From assembly GCA_977017645.1 (NCBI GenBank), contig OZ360253.1:25544001-25608000 (forward strand): DNA of 64,000 nt, given 5' to 3'. This stretch comes from Torpedo marmorata. Its lineage: Eukaryota. The position numbers were made by a program, and so were the translations under genes. The notes below the pieces were generated by a model, which saw nothing but the letters and a program-made list of their open reading frames with translations, did not search any database and had not been told where the DNA came from. Position 1 is the first letter of the stretch. Each line of letters begins with the position of its first letter. Positions 11,605-23,321 of this stretch are shown one piece after another.

Positions 11605-11890
11605 GAACAGTTGGCGCAGCATTTAGCGCAACACCTTTACAGCGCCAGCGATCGGGACAGGGGTTCGAATCCCGCGCTGTCTGTAAGGAGTTTGTAAGTT
11701 CTCCCCGTGTCTGCGTGGGTTTTCCCCGGGGGCTCCGGTTTCCTCCCACCGTTCGAAACGTACCGGGGGTGTAGGTTTATTGGATGTAAATTGGGCGGCA
11801 CGGACTCGTGGGCCAAAATGGCCTGTTACCGTGCTGTATGTCTAAATTTAAAAATTTTAAATTTAAAAATTTAACATTTAAAATTTAAAT
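11605..11890 (+). mobile_element. HE1/V-SINE, near full length
   Basis: ttggcgcagcatttagcgc...ggttcgaatccc (A/B boxes), V-domain, tail gtgctgtatgtcta(aattta)n. Confidence 0.9.
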
Positions 11891-11894
11891 TTAA

Positions 11895-12105
11895 AGCACT
11901 ATTACAGCGGTCCAGGTTTGAATCCGGCGCTGTCTGTAAGGAGTTTGTACATTCTCCCCGTATCTACGTGGGTATACTCTGGGTGCTCCGGTTTCCTCCC
12001 ACCCTCCAAAAAAAATGTATGGGGTTTGTAAGTTAATTTGATTTGGGTGGCACGGGCCTGTGGGCCGGAAAGGCAACTTTCCATGCTGTATCTCTAAATG
12101 AAAAA
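11895..12105 (+). mobile_element. HE1/V-SINE, tandem with the previous copy
   Basis: ggtttgaatccggcgctgtctgtaaggagtttgtacattctcccc...gctgtatctcta. Confidence 0.85.
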
Positions 12106-12127
12106 AATAATTAAATTAATCTCCTCC

Positions 12128-12360
12128 TACAGACGAGCACTCAACGGCACAAGGACAGCTTCTTCCCCGCTGCCATCAGATTCCTGAATAATCACTGCCT
12201 TACTTTTCGTGCACTATTATTTATAATTTTTTATAGTAATGTCGTAAGATGGTTATAATATGAATGTTAATTGCACTATGATGCTGCTGCAAAACACCGA
12301 ATTTCATGACTTGTTCATGACAATAAATTCAGATTCTGAAATAAATTCTGATTCTGATTC
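12128..12360 (+). mobile_element. Rex1 subfamily A 3' end
   Basis: HKDSFFPAAIRFLN and (TTCTGA)n tail. Confidence 0.85.
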
Positions 12361-13176
12361 CAGGTCTTGATGCTTGCTTTCTCGGGAGCTAAATGCAATT
12401 CAACCCATTGTCCACAAGAAGCCGAGCAGTTTGTTGGTTAAGTCATGCCCTCTCAATGGGCACCACAACATTAACCTTCCCCTATCAGAACTGGAAGCTT
12501 TCCGGTGGTGAATTGGGAGAGCAAAAGTACCAGTAACACCAGCCTACCACAATCAGAGACATGGGATCGATATTCCCACAGCCTTATACCTGTCAAGGGC
12601 TTCGGAGGATAAAAAAAAAATTGACAAAGAACATGAAAAAAAAAGAATAGAATACAGTTCTTAAGCCCCAGGAAGATTAAAATTGATTTTTATCTGTTTG
12701 TATTAGCCTCCCCTTGCTACAAGCTTTCCCACAAAACACAGTGCTCGGTCCCTACCCAGTTGCAGAGAAGTCTCACAGGTTCCAGTGAGAGTTGATGATA
12801 TTATCTGCAAGATTCCCAAACGGTCTATTCACCCATGTTATGGGGAGTGGAGGGGTGGGGGCATAATTCTGCTTGGACCGGCACCTGCTGTGACAAAGCG
12901 TCTCGTGGGCAGGACCAGGAGACACATTTTCCTTCTGCAGATTTCCAGCTCTCATTCAGGTTACCCCTGGAACACTCGCCACCGGTGCAGAGAGGGTCAA
13001 CTAACATTGAGCCACAAGTTCTCCCAGTGGGTTTCTGAACCCTCATTGCTTGCTGAAAATGGGCAGAAAAGAACAGAAGGAAATGTAATTTTCAACCAAT
13101 ATTCTATATCCATGCCCTCACTGCCAACCTCCCATCCCAATGGAAACGCAGGTTTGAACCCAGAGTACTCCAACAG

Positions 13177-13772
13177 CAAAGGTTCAAAGGTTCCTTTTAT
13201 TGTCACGTAATAATACATTAAAAATGTAATATACATGATATACTTCAATTTTTTTTCTGCCGTTTGACAAACAGCGAGTTGCCATGAGCATTGCCTGGCG
13301 TCCCTAACTAATGGAGAAAGAGAAGCAAAAGAGAGTCTCTTCAGAAGCACTGTCCGTGGATTTACCTCCAGCGCTCTGGTGGTCTCTGCAGCTGCACAGA
13401 CACCTGTCCAAACCATCGGCAACCCGAGCTCCAGATCCAAACCTCTGAAGCAATCAGGAAGCTTTCAGCGCCCGAGGCCCTTCGGGAGCCACTTCTTGCC
13501 CTCAGCACCCTCTCGAATCCCGGTTCCGATACCTGGTTCCCCACGAGACAGTCTCCAGCAGCTCGTGTGAGTCCTACAACCACTAAGTCCATCGCTGGGC
13601 CACAGCCGTGGTCACCGCCCTGTAGGGTCGTCTTCTCTGCTTCTCCTTCAAAAGCGGGGGTGGGGGGGGAGTTATTCCCCCATTTTTGGTGCCCTCCACA
13701 GCTCCTCTGGAGTTTGCAACCCCTCATGGTACGCTGCCCAACACAGGTGCCGCCATTTTAGGCACAGACCCC
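13177..13772 (-). mobile_element. CpG-rich non-coding retroposon, 5'-truncated copy
   Basis: Homologous to 24140-24800; tail gtgacaataaaagg(aacctttg)2 on the minus strand. Confidence 0.8.
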
Positions 13773-14117
13773 ATTCTCAAATATCGATATCCTTTACCAC
13801 CAAGGACAAAGGCAGCGTCTTAGTGGGAGGTTCATCTTCTGCAGGAACCCCTCCAAGTCAAACATCACCTGACTTGTCAGCATTCCTTCAATTTCCCTGG
13901 GTTCCAACAATTAGAATTCCTGCTGTGCCAGAGCTTCACCAAATGGACACTGCCATCTTCTCAAGGACAACTAGGGACAGGCAGCGAGTTTAAACATTTA
14001 TGCCCCCATCCTAAAAAGAGATTGTTGGAAGTAAGATTGAATTAACTAGGGTCCAACCAGAAACCTGGTTGGCTATTCATCAGAAGAACGTCTTGCATTT
14101 GACTTGGATAGCAGTGT

Positions 14118-14330
14118 TTAAATTTAGACATACAGCACAGTAACAGGCCCTTCCGGCCCATGAGCCCGTGCCCACCAAAATACCCCAATTAACCTACAAC
14201 CCCCGCACGTTTCTCAAGGGTGGGAGGAAACCGGAGCACCCGGAGGAAACCCACGCAGACAGGGAGAGAACCTCCTTACAGACAGCGCGGGATTCGAACC
14301 TGGGTCACTGGCATTGTGCTAACTGTGCCA
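14118..14330 (-). mobile_element. HE1/V-SINE
   Basis: V-domain and tail as in the other copies. Confidence 0.85.
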
Positions 14331-14599
14331 TCCATTTTTTAAGTTATTTCTATTAATTTGGAAGGGATCGAGGGGTATGTATCATGTGCAAGAACAGATT
14401 TAATTTAACTTGGGCATCACGTCTGGCACAGATACTTGTGTCCATTGTTCCATCCATGTTCAATTTATATAATTTCTTTCATGTCTTAAGGGTTTTACAG
14501 AGCTTCTTGCAGACTAAGTGATATTTTTTGAACAGTGGCTTTTGTTTTAGGGACATTACAGATAAGCTTCTTTCGTGATATTGTTTGAGGGCTGAATAT

Positions 14600-14835
14600 T
14601 GGGCAGCACGGTTAGCGCAACGTTATTACAGGGCCAGCGACCCAGTTACGAATCCGGCGCTGACTGTAAGGAGTTTGTACGTTCTCCCCGTGTCTGAATG
14701 GGATTCCTCCGGGTGTTCTGCTTTCCTCCCACCCTCCAAAAATATATGGGGTTTGTCGATTCATTGATGTATCTGAGCGGCATGAGCTCATGGGCCAGAA
14801 GGGCCTTGCTACTGTGCTGTATGTCTAAATTTAAA
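14600..14835 (+). mobile_element. HE1/V-SINE
   Basis: gggcagcacggttagcgcaacg head, V-domain, tail. Confidence 0.85.
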
Positions 14836-15247
14836 TGTATTGCCCAGAACACCAGAAGAGGCAATTAACACCGAACAAGGTCCCACCAACAGCAAAATAC
14901 AGACTGGGATTGTAGATTAATTGGGGTATTTGGGCGGCACAGGCTTGTGGGCCGGAAGGGCCTGTTGTCGTGCTGTATGTCTAAATTAAAAAATAATGAA
15001 CAGGTAATCTGTTTACTTCAATAACGCTGATTGAAGATTAAGTGTTTGTCACGACAATGATCCATCCACCCACTCTTCTCTTCCACAATTAGTGGTTGTG
15101 GAATAATTTCCATCCAGCTGTATGCAAATGGGGCTTCATCAATTTTGCAATTTATTGTAAAAGGGATGTCTCCTGCATTGCAGCATTCCATCTGTATTGT
15201 TCTGGAACTATACAATTGGATGTTCTGAGCTAATGGCTTGAATGGGT

Positions 15248-16224
15248 CTCGAACGAATTGGAAACGTCTCCTCCTCACTGATTATCAACACAGGCGCACC
15301 CCAAGGATGCGTGCTTAGCCCACTGCTCTTCTCATTATACACCCATGACTGTGTGGCCAGGCACAATTCCAAGGCCATCTACAAGTTTGCCGATGACACC
15401 ACAGTTGTTGGCAGAATCACAAACGGCAATGAGGAAGAGTACAGGAGGGAGATAGATCAGCTCGTTGAATGGTGTAACGACAACAACCTTGCGCTCAACG
15501 TCAGCAAAACCAAGGAGATGATTGTGGACTGCAGGAGGAAGTCAGGGGAACACGACCCAGTCCTCATCGAGGGCTCAGTAGTGGGGAGGGTCAAGAACTT
15601 CAAATTCCTGGGTGTCAACATCTCCGAGGATCTGTCCTGGAGCCTCCACGTTGATGCAATCACAAAGAAGGCTCGCCAGCAGCTATACTTTGTGAGGTGT
15701 CTGAGGAGATTCGGTATGTCACCGAAGACTCTCGTAAACTTCTACCGGTGTACCGTGAAGAGCATTCTGGCTGGTTGCATCACTGCCTGGTATGGAAGCA
15801 CCAACTCTCAGGACAAGAATAAACTCCAGAGGGTTGTTAACTCGGCCTGTGACATCACAGGCACCAGACTTCACTCCATCGAGGACATCTAAATGAGGCG
15901 GTGTCTTAAAAAAGCAGCCTCTGTCCTCAAAGACCCCCACCACCCAGGCCATGCCCTCTTCATTCTGCTACCATCGGGAAAATGGTACAGGAGCCAAAAG
16001 TCGAGCACTCAAACGTACAAGGACAGCTTCTTCCCTGCTGCCATCAGATTCCTGAATAATCAATGAACGAAAGACACTGCCTTACTTTTCGTGCACTATT
16101 ATTTATATATTTTTTATAGTAATATCGTAAGATGGTTATAATATGAATGTTTGCACTATGATGCTGCCGCAAAACACCGAATTTCATGACTTGTTCATGA
16201 CAATAAATTCTGATTCTGATTCTG
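15248..16224 (+). mobile_element. Rex1 subfamily A, 5'-truncated, retaining the RT core
   Basis: [31 protein letters not shown]; premature stop at 15892; (TTCTGA)n tail. Confidence 0.95.
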
Positions 16225-16281
16225 AACTCAGAACCTCCCTCGTCACAGCTGAGACTGTGGCCATGTATGCAGAAAGAGTGA

Positions 16282-16490
16282 AGCACAAGAGCGCTGGAGG
16301 AACTCAGCCGGTCAGGCAGCGTGGATGGAAAGCAATAGGCAGTCGATGTTTTGGGCCTCAGCCCTTTAACAGTGATGACAGAGATCGAGCACTGGCATCC
16401 CTGATGAAGGGTTCAGGCCCGAAACGCCGAGTGCCTATCGCTATCCATGGATGCTGCGTGACCTGCTGAGCTCCTCTAGCACTTTTGTGT
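16282..16490. mobile_element. Palindromic Penelope-related element with hammerhead core
   Basis: Two ~95-bp inverted arms around ~16380-16396; CTGATGA-agggttcaggccc-GAAA at 16401-16424. Confidence 0.75.
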
Positions 16491-16811
16491 ATTGCTCCAA
16501 TTCTCCAGCCTCTGCAGACTCCTTGTTTACCGACACAGAAAGTGTGTCTAACTGAATCTGAGCAAAAACCATCAGGTGGCTGTACGGTAGACATGGCTAA
16601 CGACCAACAGAACCAAATATCCAATCATGCCTTAGGAGAACCAAAGACTCCAAAAATACCAACGCAGTGTGGAGAGGAGGAATGCCAATGGTGATGTTTT
16701 CAGCAAAATAAAAATCTGCTGGAGGAACTCAATGGGTCAAGCAGCATCCGTGGGAGAAAAAGAATGGTCAATTTCAGCCTGCAACCCTTCGTCAAGATTT
16801 ATAAGGATTTT

Positions 16812-17063
16812 TTTAAAATTTAGAGATACAGCACGGCAACAGGCCTTTTTGGCCCACAAGCCGTTGCCGCCCAAATACACCCACGTGGCCAATAAACCTA
16901 CTAACCCCGTACGTCTTTTGAATGTGGGAGGAAACCGGAACACCCGGAGTAAACCCACCCAGACACGGTAAGAACATACAAACTCCTACAGTCAGTGCCA
17001 GATACGAATCCAGGTCGCTGGCACCGTAATAACATTGCACTAACCGTTGCACTAACTGTGCCG
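16812..17063 (-). mobile_element. HE1/V-SINE
   Basis: Head, V-domain and tail on the minus strand. Confidence 0.85.
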
Positions 17064-17587
17064 TCTATTGCCAAGTCTGGAATAATTGTGACAATGAAAG
17101 ATTGGATTGGCAGTGTTTATTTGCTTAGGGACAGAACAGGCAGAAGTTAAAGTTAACCAAAGGGGTGTGTAATGTGATGAGGAGCTCAGAATGGAAAAAA
17201 TTAGCTTTATTTCCTTTAACAGCAGATCCAACTTCAGTGTGCATAGATTCAAAGTAATTGGTAAATATTTTCCCCCAGATCGTGGTGGGTGTCTGGAACT
17301 CAATGTCTGAAGGGGAGGTGGAGACAGGGAGTCTCAACACACGTCAAAGGTACCTGCAAACGTACTTGAAGAGCTGCGAGCCACAGGTTTACAGACGGAG
17401 TGCGAGGCTTCTCTTACACGGCCAGCTCAGACGTAATGAGATGAATGACCTCCTCAGGAGGAGCAATTCAGTGACCTGACCCCCTCGCTGTCCACAGTGT
17501 CTGTGTCAAACCTGAAACTGGGACAGGATTATCCAGCTCTTCCCCATCCCTCCGACATCCAGATTGGAGTTATAGTCTTTATAACAT

Positions 17588-17671
17588 TGGCGGCTGAATA
17601 TAATCATCATTTTGGAAAAGGAAAGTGAAGTGTGAGAAATTGAAATTAGAATGTATTTCTACACGTTGGCG
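17588..17671 (+). repeat. Left arm of an 84-bp long-range inverted repeat
   Basis: 79/84 ungapped identity to the reverse complement of 20341-20424. Confidence 0.95.
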
Positions 17672-17677
17672 TAAACT

Positions 17678-18045
17678 CAGGCTCGGCGTCATGGGGGGGC
17701 ATTCGCGGGCCATGCCCCCCCCCAAATGAGTTACTGTGCCCCCCCCCCCCACCCGCAGCACTAGCGTCACTAGGGGGTTGCGGACCGCACCGGGTGACGC
17801 CATCAGAGGGGGTGTCACCAAAATGAATCACGTGGTTTCGTCTCCACGCGCTATAAGCACGCGCGTTTGTCTGTTACGTCGGAGGGAGGGGGAAGTGTGA
17901 CGGCGTGGCGGACGAAGGAGGTCCATAGCAGGTATGGCACACCCCCCCCCTCCCCCGATGAGTGAGTTCTCGAATGGCAGTTTGTGCCACCCCCCCGCGG
18001 TTACCCTAATGCCCCCCGATTAGATCACTTCTGACGCCGAATCTG
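17678..18045. mobile_element. hAT-type MITE carrying a captured fragment of another hAT
   Basis: TIR caggctcggcgtca / tgacgccgaatctg; imperfect 8-bp TSD cgtaaact / cgtgagct. Confidence 0.75.
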
Positions 18046-18537
18046 CGTGAGCTCATGAATTGGGAGCAGTTGGGAGGATCGTGCTGAAGGGCCTGCTGCT
18101 GTGCTGATTTGCTCGATGACTATAATTCCAGAGGAGTCAGACACTTACACTTCCCGCTCCCTGCCACCACTTAATAAGATCATGGATGATCTAATTGTAA
18201 TAGGGTCAGAGTCATACAGCATGGAAACAGACCATTCAGCCCAGAGTCTGCGTCAACCATCTCACGAATCCCATTTTATTCCTCACACATTTCCATCAAC
18301 TCCCTCCAGATTCTGCGGCTTCCCCACACCCCAGGAGGAACTTGCAGCTGACCACCAGCTTCTCCACCCCCGTGTCTATGGGATGCAACAAGAGCATCTG
18401 ATGGGAAACCCACGCAGTTACGGGGAGAAAGGGCAAATTCCACGCAGATAGCGCCCGAGGTCAAGAATGAACAAGGCAGCAACTCTACTAAATGCACCAC
18501 AGCGGGGCACCCCATTAAACCCATGTTCCTCGTCCTC

Positions 18538-18772
18538 GAAGAGATACAGGAGTATCAGAGCCAGCACCACCAGGCTGAGGAACAGCTTCTTCCTACGGGC
18601 AGTGAGAATGCTGAACGACCAAAGGAACTGCTCACACTAACCATCCGAGACTCTCATTCGTACAAAACAATATTTATTTATTTATTTGTCTGCGTGTTTT
18701 GCACTGAGGACCGGAGAACGCTGTTTCGTCGGGTTGTACTTGTACAAGCAGATGACAATAAACTTGACTTGC
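18538..18772 (+). mobile_element. Rex1 subfamily C 3' end
   Basis: RYRSIRASTTRLRNSFF; tail TGACAATAAA(CTTGA)n. Confidence 0.85.
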
Positions 18773-18884
18773 CTCTTTCATCCCTGGCTCTTTAAGAATC
18801 TATCTCCCTCAGTAATCTCAAAAATTCTACATCTACTACATTTGAAAAAGTGCTAAATACTTGCAAACCTGGGAGAAAATTTAA

Positions 18885-19147
18885 TTTTTTTTAAATTTAA
18901 GTTTAAAATTTTAATTTAGACATACAGCACGGTAACAGGCCATTTCGGCCCACGAGTCCATGCCGCCCAATTTACACCCCCCGGTATGTTTCGAACGGTG
19001 GGAGGAAACCGGAGCCCCCGGGGAAAACCCACACAGACACGGGGAGAGCGTACAAACTCCTTACAGACAGCGCTGGATTCAAAACCTGGCCCCGATTGCT
19101 GGCGCTGTAAAGGCGTTGCACTAACTGCTACGCCAACCGTGCCGCCC
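18885..19147 (-). mobile_element. HE1/V-SINE, full length
   Basis: gggcggcacggttggcgtagcagttag head on the minus strand, V-domain, AT-rich tail. Confidence 0.9.
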
Positions 19148-20340
19148 TCTATGCCAACCATGCTGCCAAATATTTGTTTCATCTCTGTCTGGTCCTGGTG
19201 TACTTCAACATTTTGTTGGCGGACCACTGCGCAGAGTTCATACAGTATTCAACAGCCCTTCCGTCGAATTTAATCATGCTGACCAAGTTGGTACTCTGGT
19301 CAAGACCCATTGCCTGCATTTGGTCTGTATCCTTCTAAACCTCTGCCGTGTATATGCAGTATATCTTTCTCAATATCTTTTACATTGTAATTGTACCCAC
19401 TGCGTCATCCAGCTCAATCCAGATACAGACCACCTTCTGAGTGACAAAGCTGATGGTCAGAGACAATGTGAGTTGAATGGCCTTCTCCAGTGTCTGATGC
19501 CGTGACCCGACCCTGATGCGGACGGAGAGAAGGCAGTGGCTCCTCAGACCCCTTCACCGTCTGCACTCACTTTGAAGCAGCAAAGTGAAAGGCCACTCAG
19601 GTTCATTAGCTTCCTTTACCTTGGGGTTTATTTACGTGCATCCAATCAGCATGCTCTCGCTCTTCCTTTCAACTCGCAGGCCTGGTCAGTAAAGGCCTTC
19701 AGGATGGATAACAAACTCCTCGGCCATGCAGCAAGGAACGTCAGCTGGTCCATGAGCTCCTCTTAATGGCCAATTAACTGTCAAGTAAAAATCATCTGTG
19801 AAGCTTGTAACCCCAGTGCCATACATTGCTTGACACACATCAGACCTTGGAATTATTCTCACACATTCCACCAATTTAAAAGCGGTGGCAACAATAGAAT
19901 GAAATGCAAACTGCATGGAACTACCATAGCTTTTTTAATTAAGAAGATGCCTCAACTGTTATATGGTTTCCAGAGAGTGGCTCCAAATTAGAAACAGTGA
20001 AAGAGACTCGTTTTACTGCAGCTCAGTCTGAGACACTCAACACTTGAAAGATCAATGATGAAAATGATTGACAGCCATTCACCTCCTGACACTGAACCAA
20101 TCATATTCTGGAAATTGGAATGAAGTGCAGGAGAAGGGACAGAAAGAGTGGCGGTTGATTTAGGTCACTGTCAAAGCTGTTGATTTGTGTTCAGCGTGGA
20201 GAGATGGATAGAAAATGCAAGGCCCTAAAATGCCGGTTAAAATCCCCCACACCCCGGTAATGAGAAAAAATGGAATTGGACTCATTTTAGATGTGATAAA
20301 GCTGGTGAATCTCATTGTCAACAACTTGGCTTGATCTCAT

Positions 20341-20424
20341 CGCCATCGTGTAGAAATACATTTTAATTTCAATTTCCCACACTTCACTTTCCTTCTCCAA
20401 AATGATAATTATATTCAGCCGCCA
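20341..20424 (-). repeat. Right arm of the 84-bp long-range inverted repeat
   Basis: Reverse complement of 17588-17671 with 5 mismatches. Confidence 0.95.
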
Positions 20425-20714
20425 GAATCCACAAAGTAGAGCAATAAGTTGTATTTATACGTAGCTCAAGATGTCTGGCAGAACTTAATCAGATCGAACC
20501 TGACCTCAGTGCTTGTCAGATCAGCACTTGTATAGCAGCTCGGCCAGAGGTAGGTTTTAAGAGCATCTTAAGAGGAAGACAGCCCTGAATTTCTGTAGAA
20601 ATGCAAGGAAATTCTTCTTGCTCGCTGGCCACACAGGTAAACAAAATACACTTGTATAAAGCAAGAATAAATTACCACACAAGAGGAACGAAAACATAAT
20701 AATTATAAAAAGGA

Positions 20715-20885
20715 TAGATTTTCTTTGGATAGATTTTTACATAGTAAGGGAATTAAAGGGTTGTGGGGAAAAGGCAGGTAGGTGGAGATGAACCTATCAT
20801 CAGATCAGCCATGATCTTATTGAATAGCGAAGCAGGCTCGACCGGCCGGATGACTTACTCCTGCTCCTATTTCTTATGTTCTTAT
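20715..20885 (+). mobile_element. CR1 3' UTR
   Basis: gatcagccatgatcttattgaat..gcaggctcga..cctgctcctatttcttatgttctt; same family as 46690-46863. Confidence 0.8.
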
Positions 20886-21734
20886 AATAGATTGCCATCA
20901 ACAGTGGCAGTTAGTGCAAAAAAAAATTTGATTTTATAATGGTAGATTCTTTGGTCCTGGAGTTGCATTCTGGTCTGGGTGATATGGGAGGTTCAGGAAC
21001 CTGCTTGGTGTTGGACTGTAATGTGGTGGAATGAAACTGATTTGTAATGCCTGTTACTCGCTATCTGATCCAATGTAGGTTCTGCTTCAGTTCCTCTTCA
21101 TTACTGTTACTGGTGTCCTCACTCTTTTCCCACTTGCTCGCCCCACCTTCCTCTGACGTGAGGGGCAATGGCCACAGTAAACACACCGGAACATTTATGA
21201 AGGCAGGTGAACAGGCTGGCTCTCTGGGGATGTGCATTGGATTATCAGTGACCTCCGCCATCCAACTATCCATGAGGATTCGCCTCATCTGCCCCTTATC
21301 CACCTTTAATTTGGGTGGGGGGGGGGAGCTGATGAAGATAGGCAGGAGCTGCTTCCTCACAATGCGCTTTGTTAAAATCAGAGTGACTGGCAGTCTGGTG
21401 TTTGTAACCTCCAAGGTTTGGGCAGAAGTTACCTTCAAAGGCTGATAACAGTATCAACGCAGCTAGTAGTTTCACTGATGGTTTGTCTCAGAGAAGCACA
21501 TAGTTGTCCTATTGCTCCTCTGTCGATGACTTTAATATGACGGAATTTGTTTCACATAGATTAGATTTCCTTTCTCCTTGCAGGGTTCTCTTTTAAAGAT
21601 ACTGTGTGGATAAAGGACATCAATTTTAAAAAAAATTAGACATACTGTACTGTAACAGGCCAATTCGGCCCTACGAGTCTGTGCTGCCGATTTTACACCC
21701 CATTAACCTACACCCTGGTAAGTTTTTTTTTTGG

Positions 21735-22068
21735 TTCTTTATTAAACTGGAGAAAATAAAATACACATTAAGAGGGAATTTTTTTTTTCATAAATGGCAA
21801 CCCTTTATGCGTTATTTCTCTGAATTATGAGTGCTTCCGGAGTAAATGTCTTACTGTGAGGTGTATGCACTTGTATTATCAGCAATATACCAATGATACT
21901 CTCAGCAAAGGTGGTCAGGGATTACGGGGTCTGGGTGTGCATCTGAGGGTGTATGTGAATTTCTATGTATATGTGTGTTGGTTTATCTGTAAAAAAATAA
22001 GGGGAGCACAATATACATATAATGTGAATGAAGTTGTTTAGATGCTCAATAAATATATTTTGGAAAAG
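21735..22068 (+). mobile_element. L1 ORF2 C-terminus and 3' UTR
   Basis: IKLEKIKYTLRG...KWQPFMRYFSEL* followed by UTR ending caataaatatattttggaaaaga. Confidence 0.7.
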
Positions 22069-22076
22069 ATACAGTA

Positions 22077-22379
22077 CAGTAAGTCCCCGGGTTAAGAACG
22101 TCCGACTTACGGACAACTCGTACTTACGAACGGACTATGCGCGGCTTGTCGGCTCGAGGAAGGAGAACGCCAACCGCCATTTTAAGTCGGATCACGTTGC
22201 CGCTAACACTGTGTTGAGTGTGCAACTTTGTATTTGGCTTAAATTTTTCTCTTATAACCATGCCTCCAAAGCGTAAATCCGATGCAAGTGCTGTTGATGC
22301 GTAAGTTCCGACTTACCGACAAATTCGACTTAAAGACAGACTTAGGAACGGATCTCGTTCATAATCCGGGGACTGCCTG
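22077..22379 (+). mobile_element. Tigger/pogo internal-deletion derivative
   Basis: TA TSD; TIR cagtaagtccccgggttaagaacg / cgttcataatccggggactgcctg; retains a transposase-like start MPPKRKSDAS at ~22260. Confidence 0.85.
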
Positions 22380-23321
22380 TATTACCTTGAGGTAGCTTAC
22401 TCAGATGCATCCGCTGGCTATCAAAACATCCAATCAAAATGACGTGGAATTTATGATGGAGTGGTTGAAGTTTACCAGGCAGGTTTACTGTGCTGCCAGT
22501 GTCTCCAGTAATTTCAACCAGACAGCTGTCTAAAGCAACATGACCTTTGGAACTTCGTCAACTTTCCACTTCCTTCATGGCGTGGACATCCGCACAAAGG
22601 AACGGCCAGTCTGTTAACCCGGTCTCAAGGAATTCTCCTGAGGTTTCCTGATTAAGATTCAGTGGATCTGGGCTAGACTGCTGGGTTGATTTCGGGAAGG
22701 AGGGGAGGGTGACAGTGGCAGTGGCCCATGAGAGGTAAGCCATAATCTTTGAGAGATCTGGGATAGCGAGTTCAAGTTTATTGTCATACAGTGCCCTCCA
22801 TAATGCGTGGTACAAAGACACTTTTTTCCTTTATTTGCCTCTGTGCTCCACAGTTTTAAATTTGTAATCAAACAATTCACATGTAATTAGAGTGCACATT
22901 CCAGATTTTTAGCCTCTGTATTTATTTTCATTGTCTTCTACAGACAGCAGTCATTGACATATCCACACCTGCCTCCTGAAGAGTCGGACAGGCGTTTGGG
23001 GATTTTTCTTCATTATGATGAAAATTCTTCTGTCATCAGCAGTGGAGGTCTTCCTTGGCCTACCAGTCCCTTTGCGATTACTGAGCTCACCAGTACGCTC
23101 TTTCTTCTTAATGATGTTCCAAACTGTTGATTTTGGTAATCCTAAGGTTTGGCCAATGTCTTATTTTTCAGTCTCATAATGGCTTCTTTGACTTTCATTG
23201 GCACAACTCTGGTCCTCATGTTGCAAAAATGGCAACTACAGACTCCAAAGGTGATCAAAAGCTTAGAAGCAAGCCTAGCTCTCTTATACCTGCACCAATG
23301 AAGCAATTAAACATACCTGAG

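Noticed and set aside
11605-11680. tRNA genes at SINE heads
   Set aside because: A/B-box-like sequences run directly into the V-domain and LINE-type tail in every copy.
12927-13090. Possible exon after acceptor-like ttttccttctgcag
   Set aside because: Translations are unrecognisable and the donor is weak; such motifs are frequent by chance.
21047-21445. Overlapping 125-132 aa ORFs on both strands in unique sequence
   Set aside because: No recognisable domain, a G homopolymer inside, and no convincing splice-site pair; cannot be fully excluded without RNA-seq.
22520-22740. Possible exon ending at AG|gtaagc
   Set aside because: All three plus frames contain stops and there is no homology I recognise.
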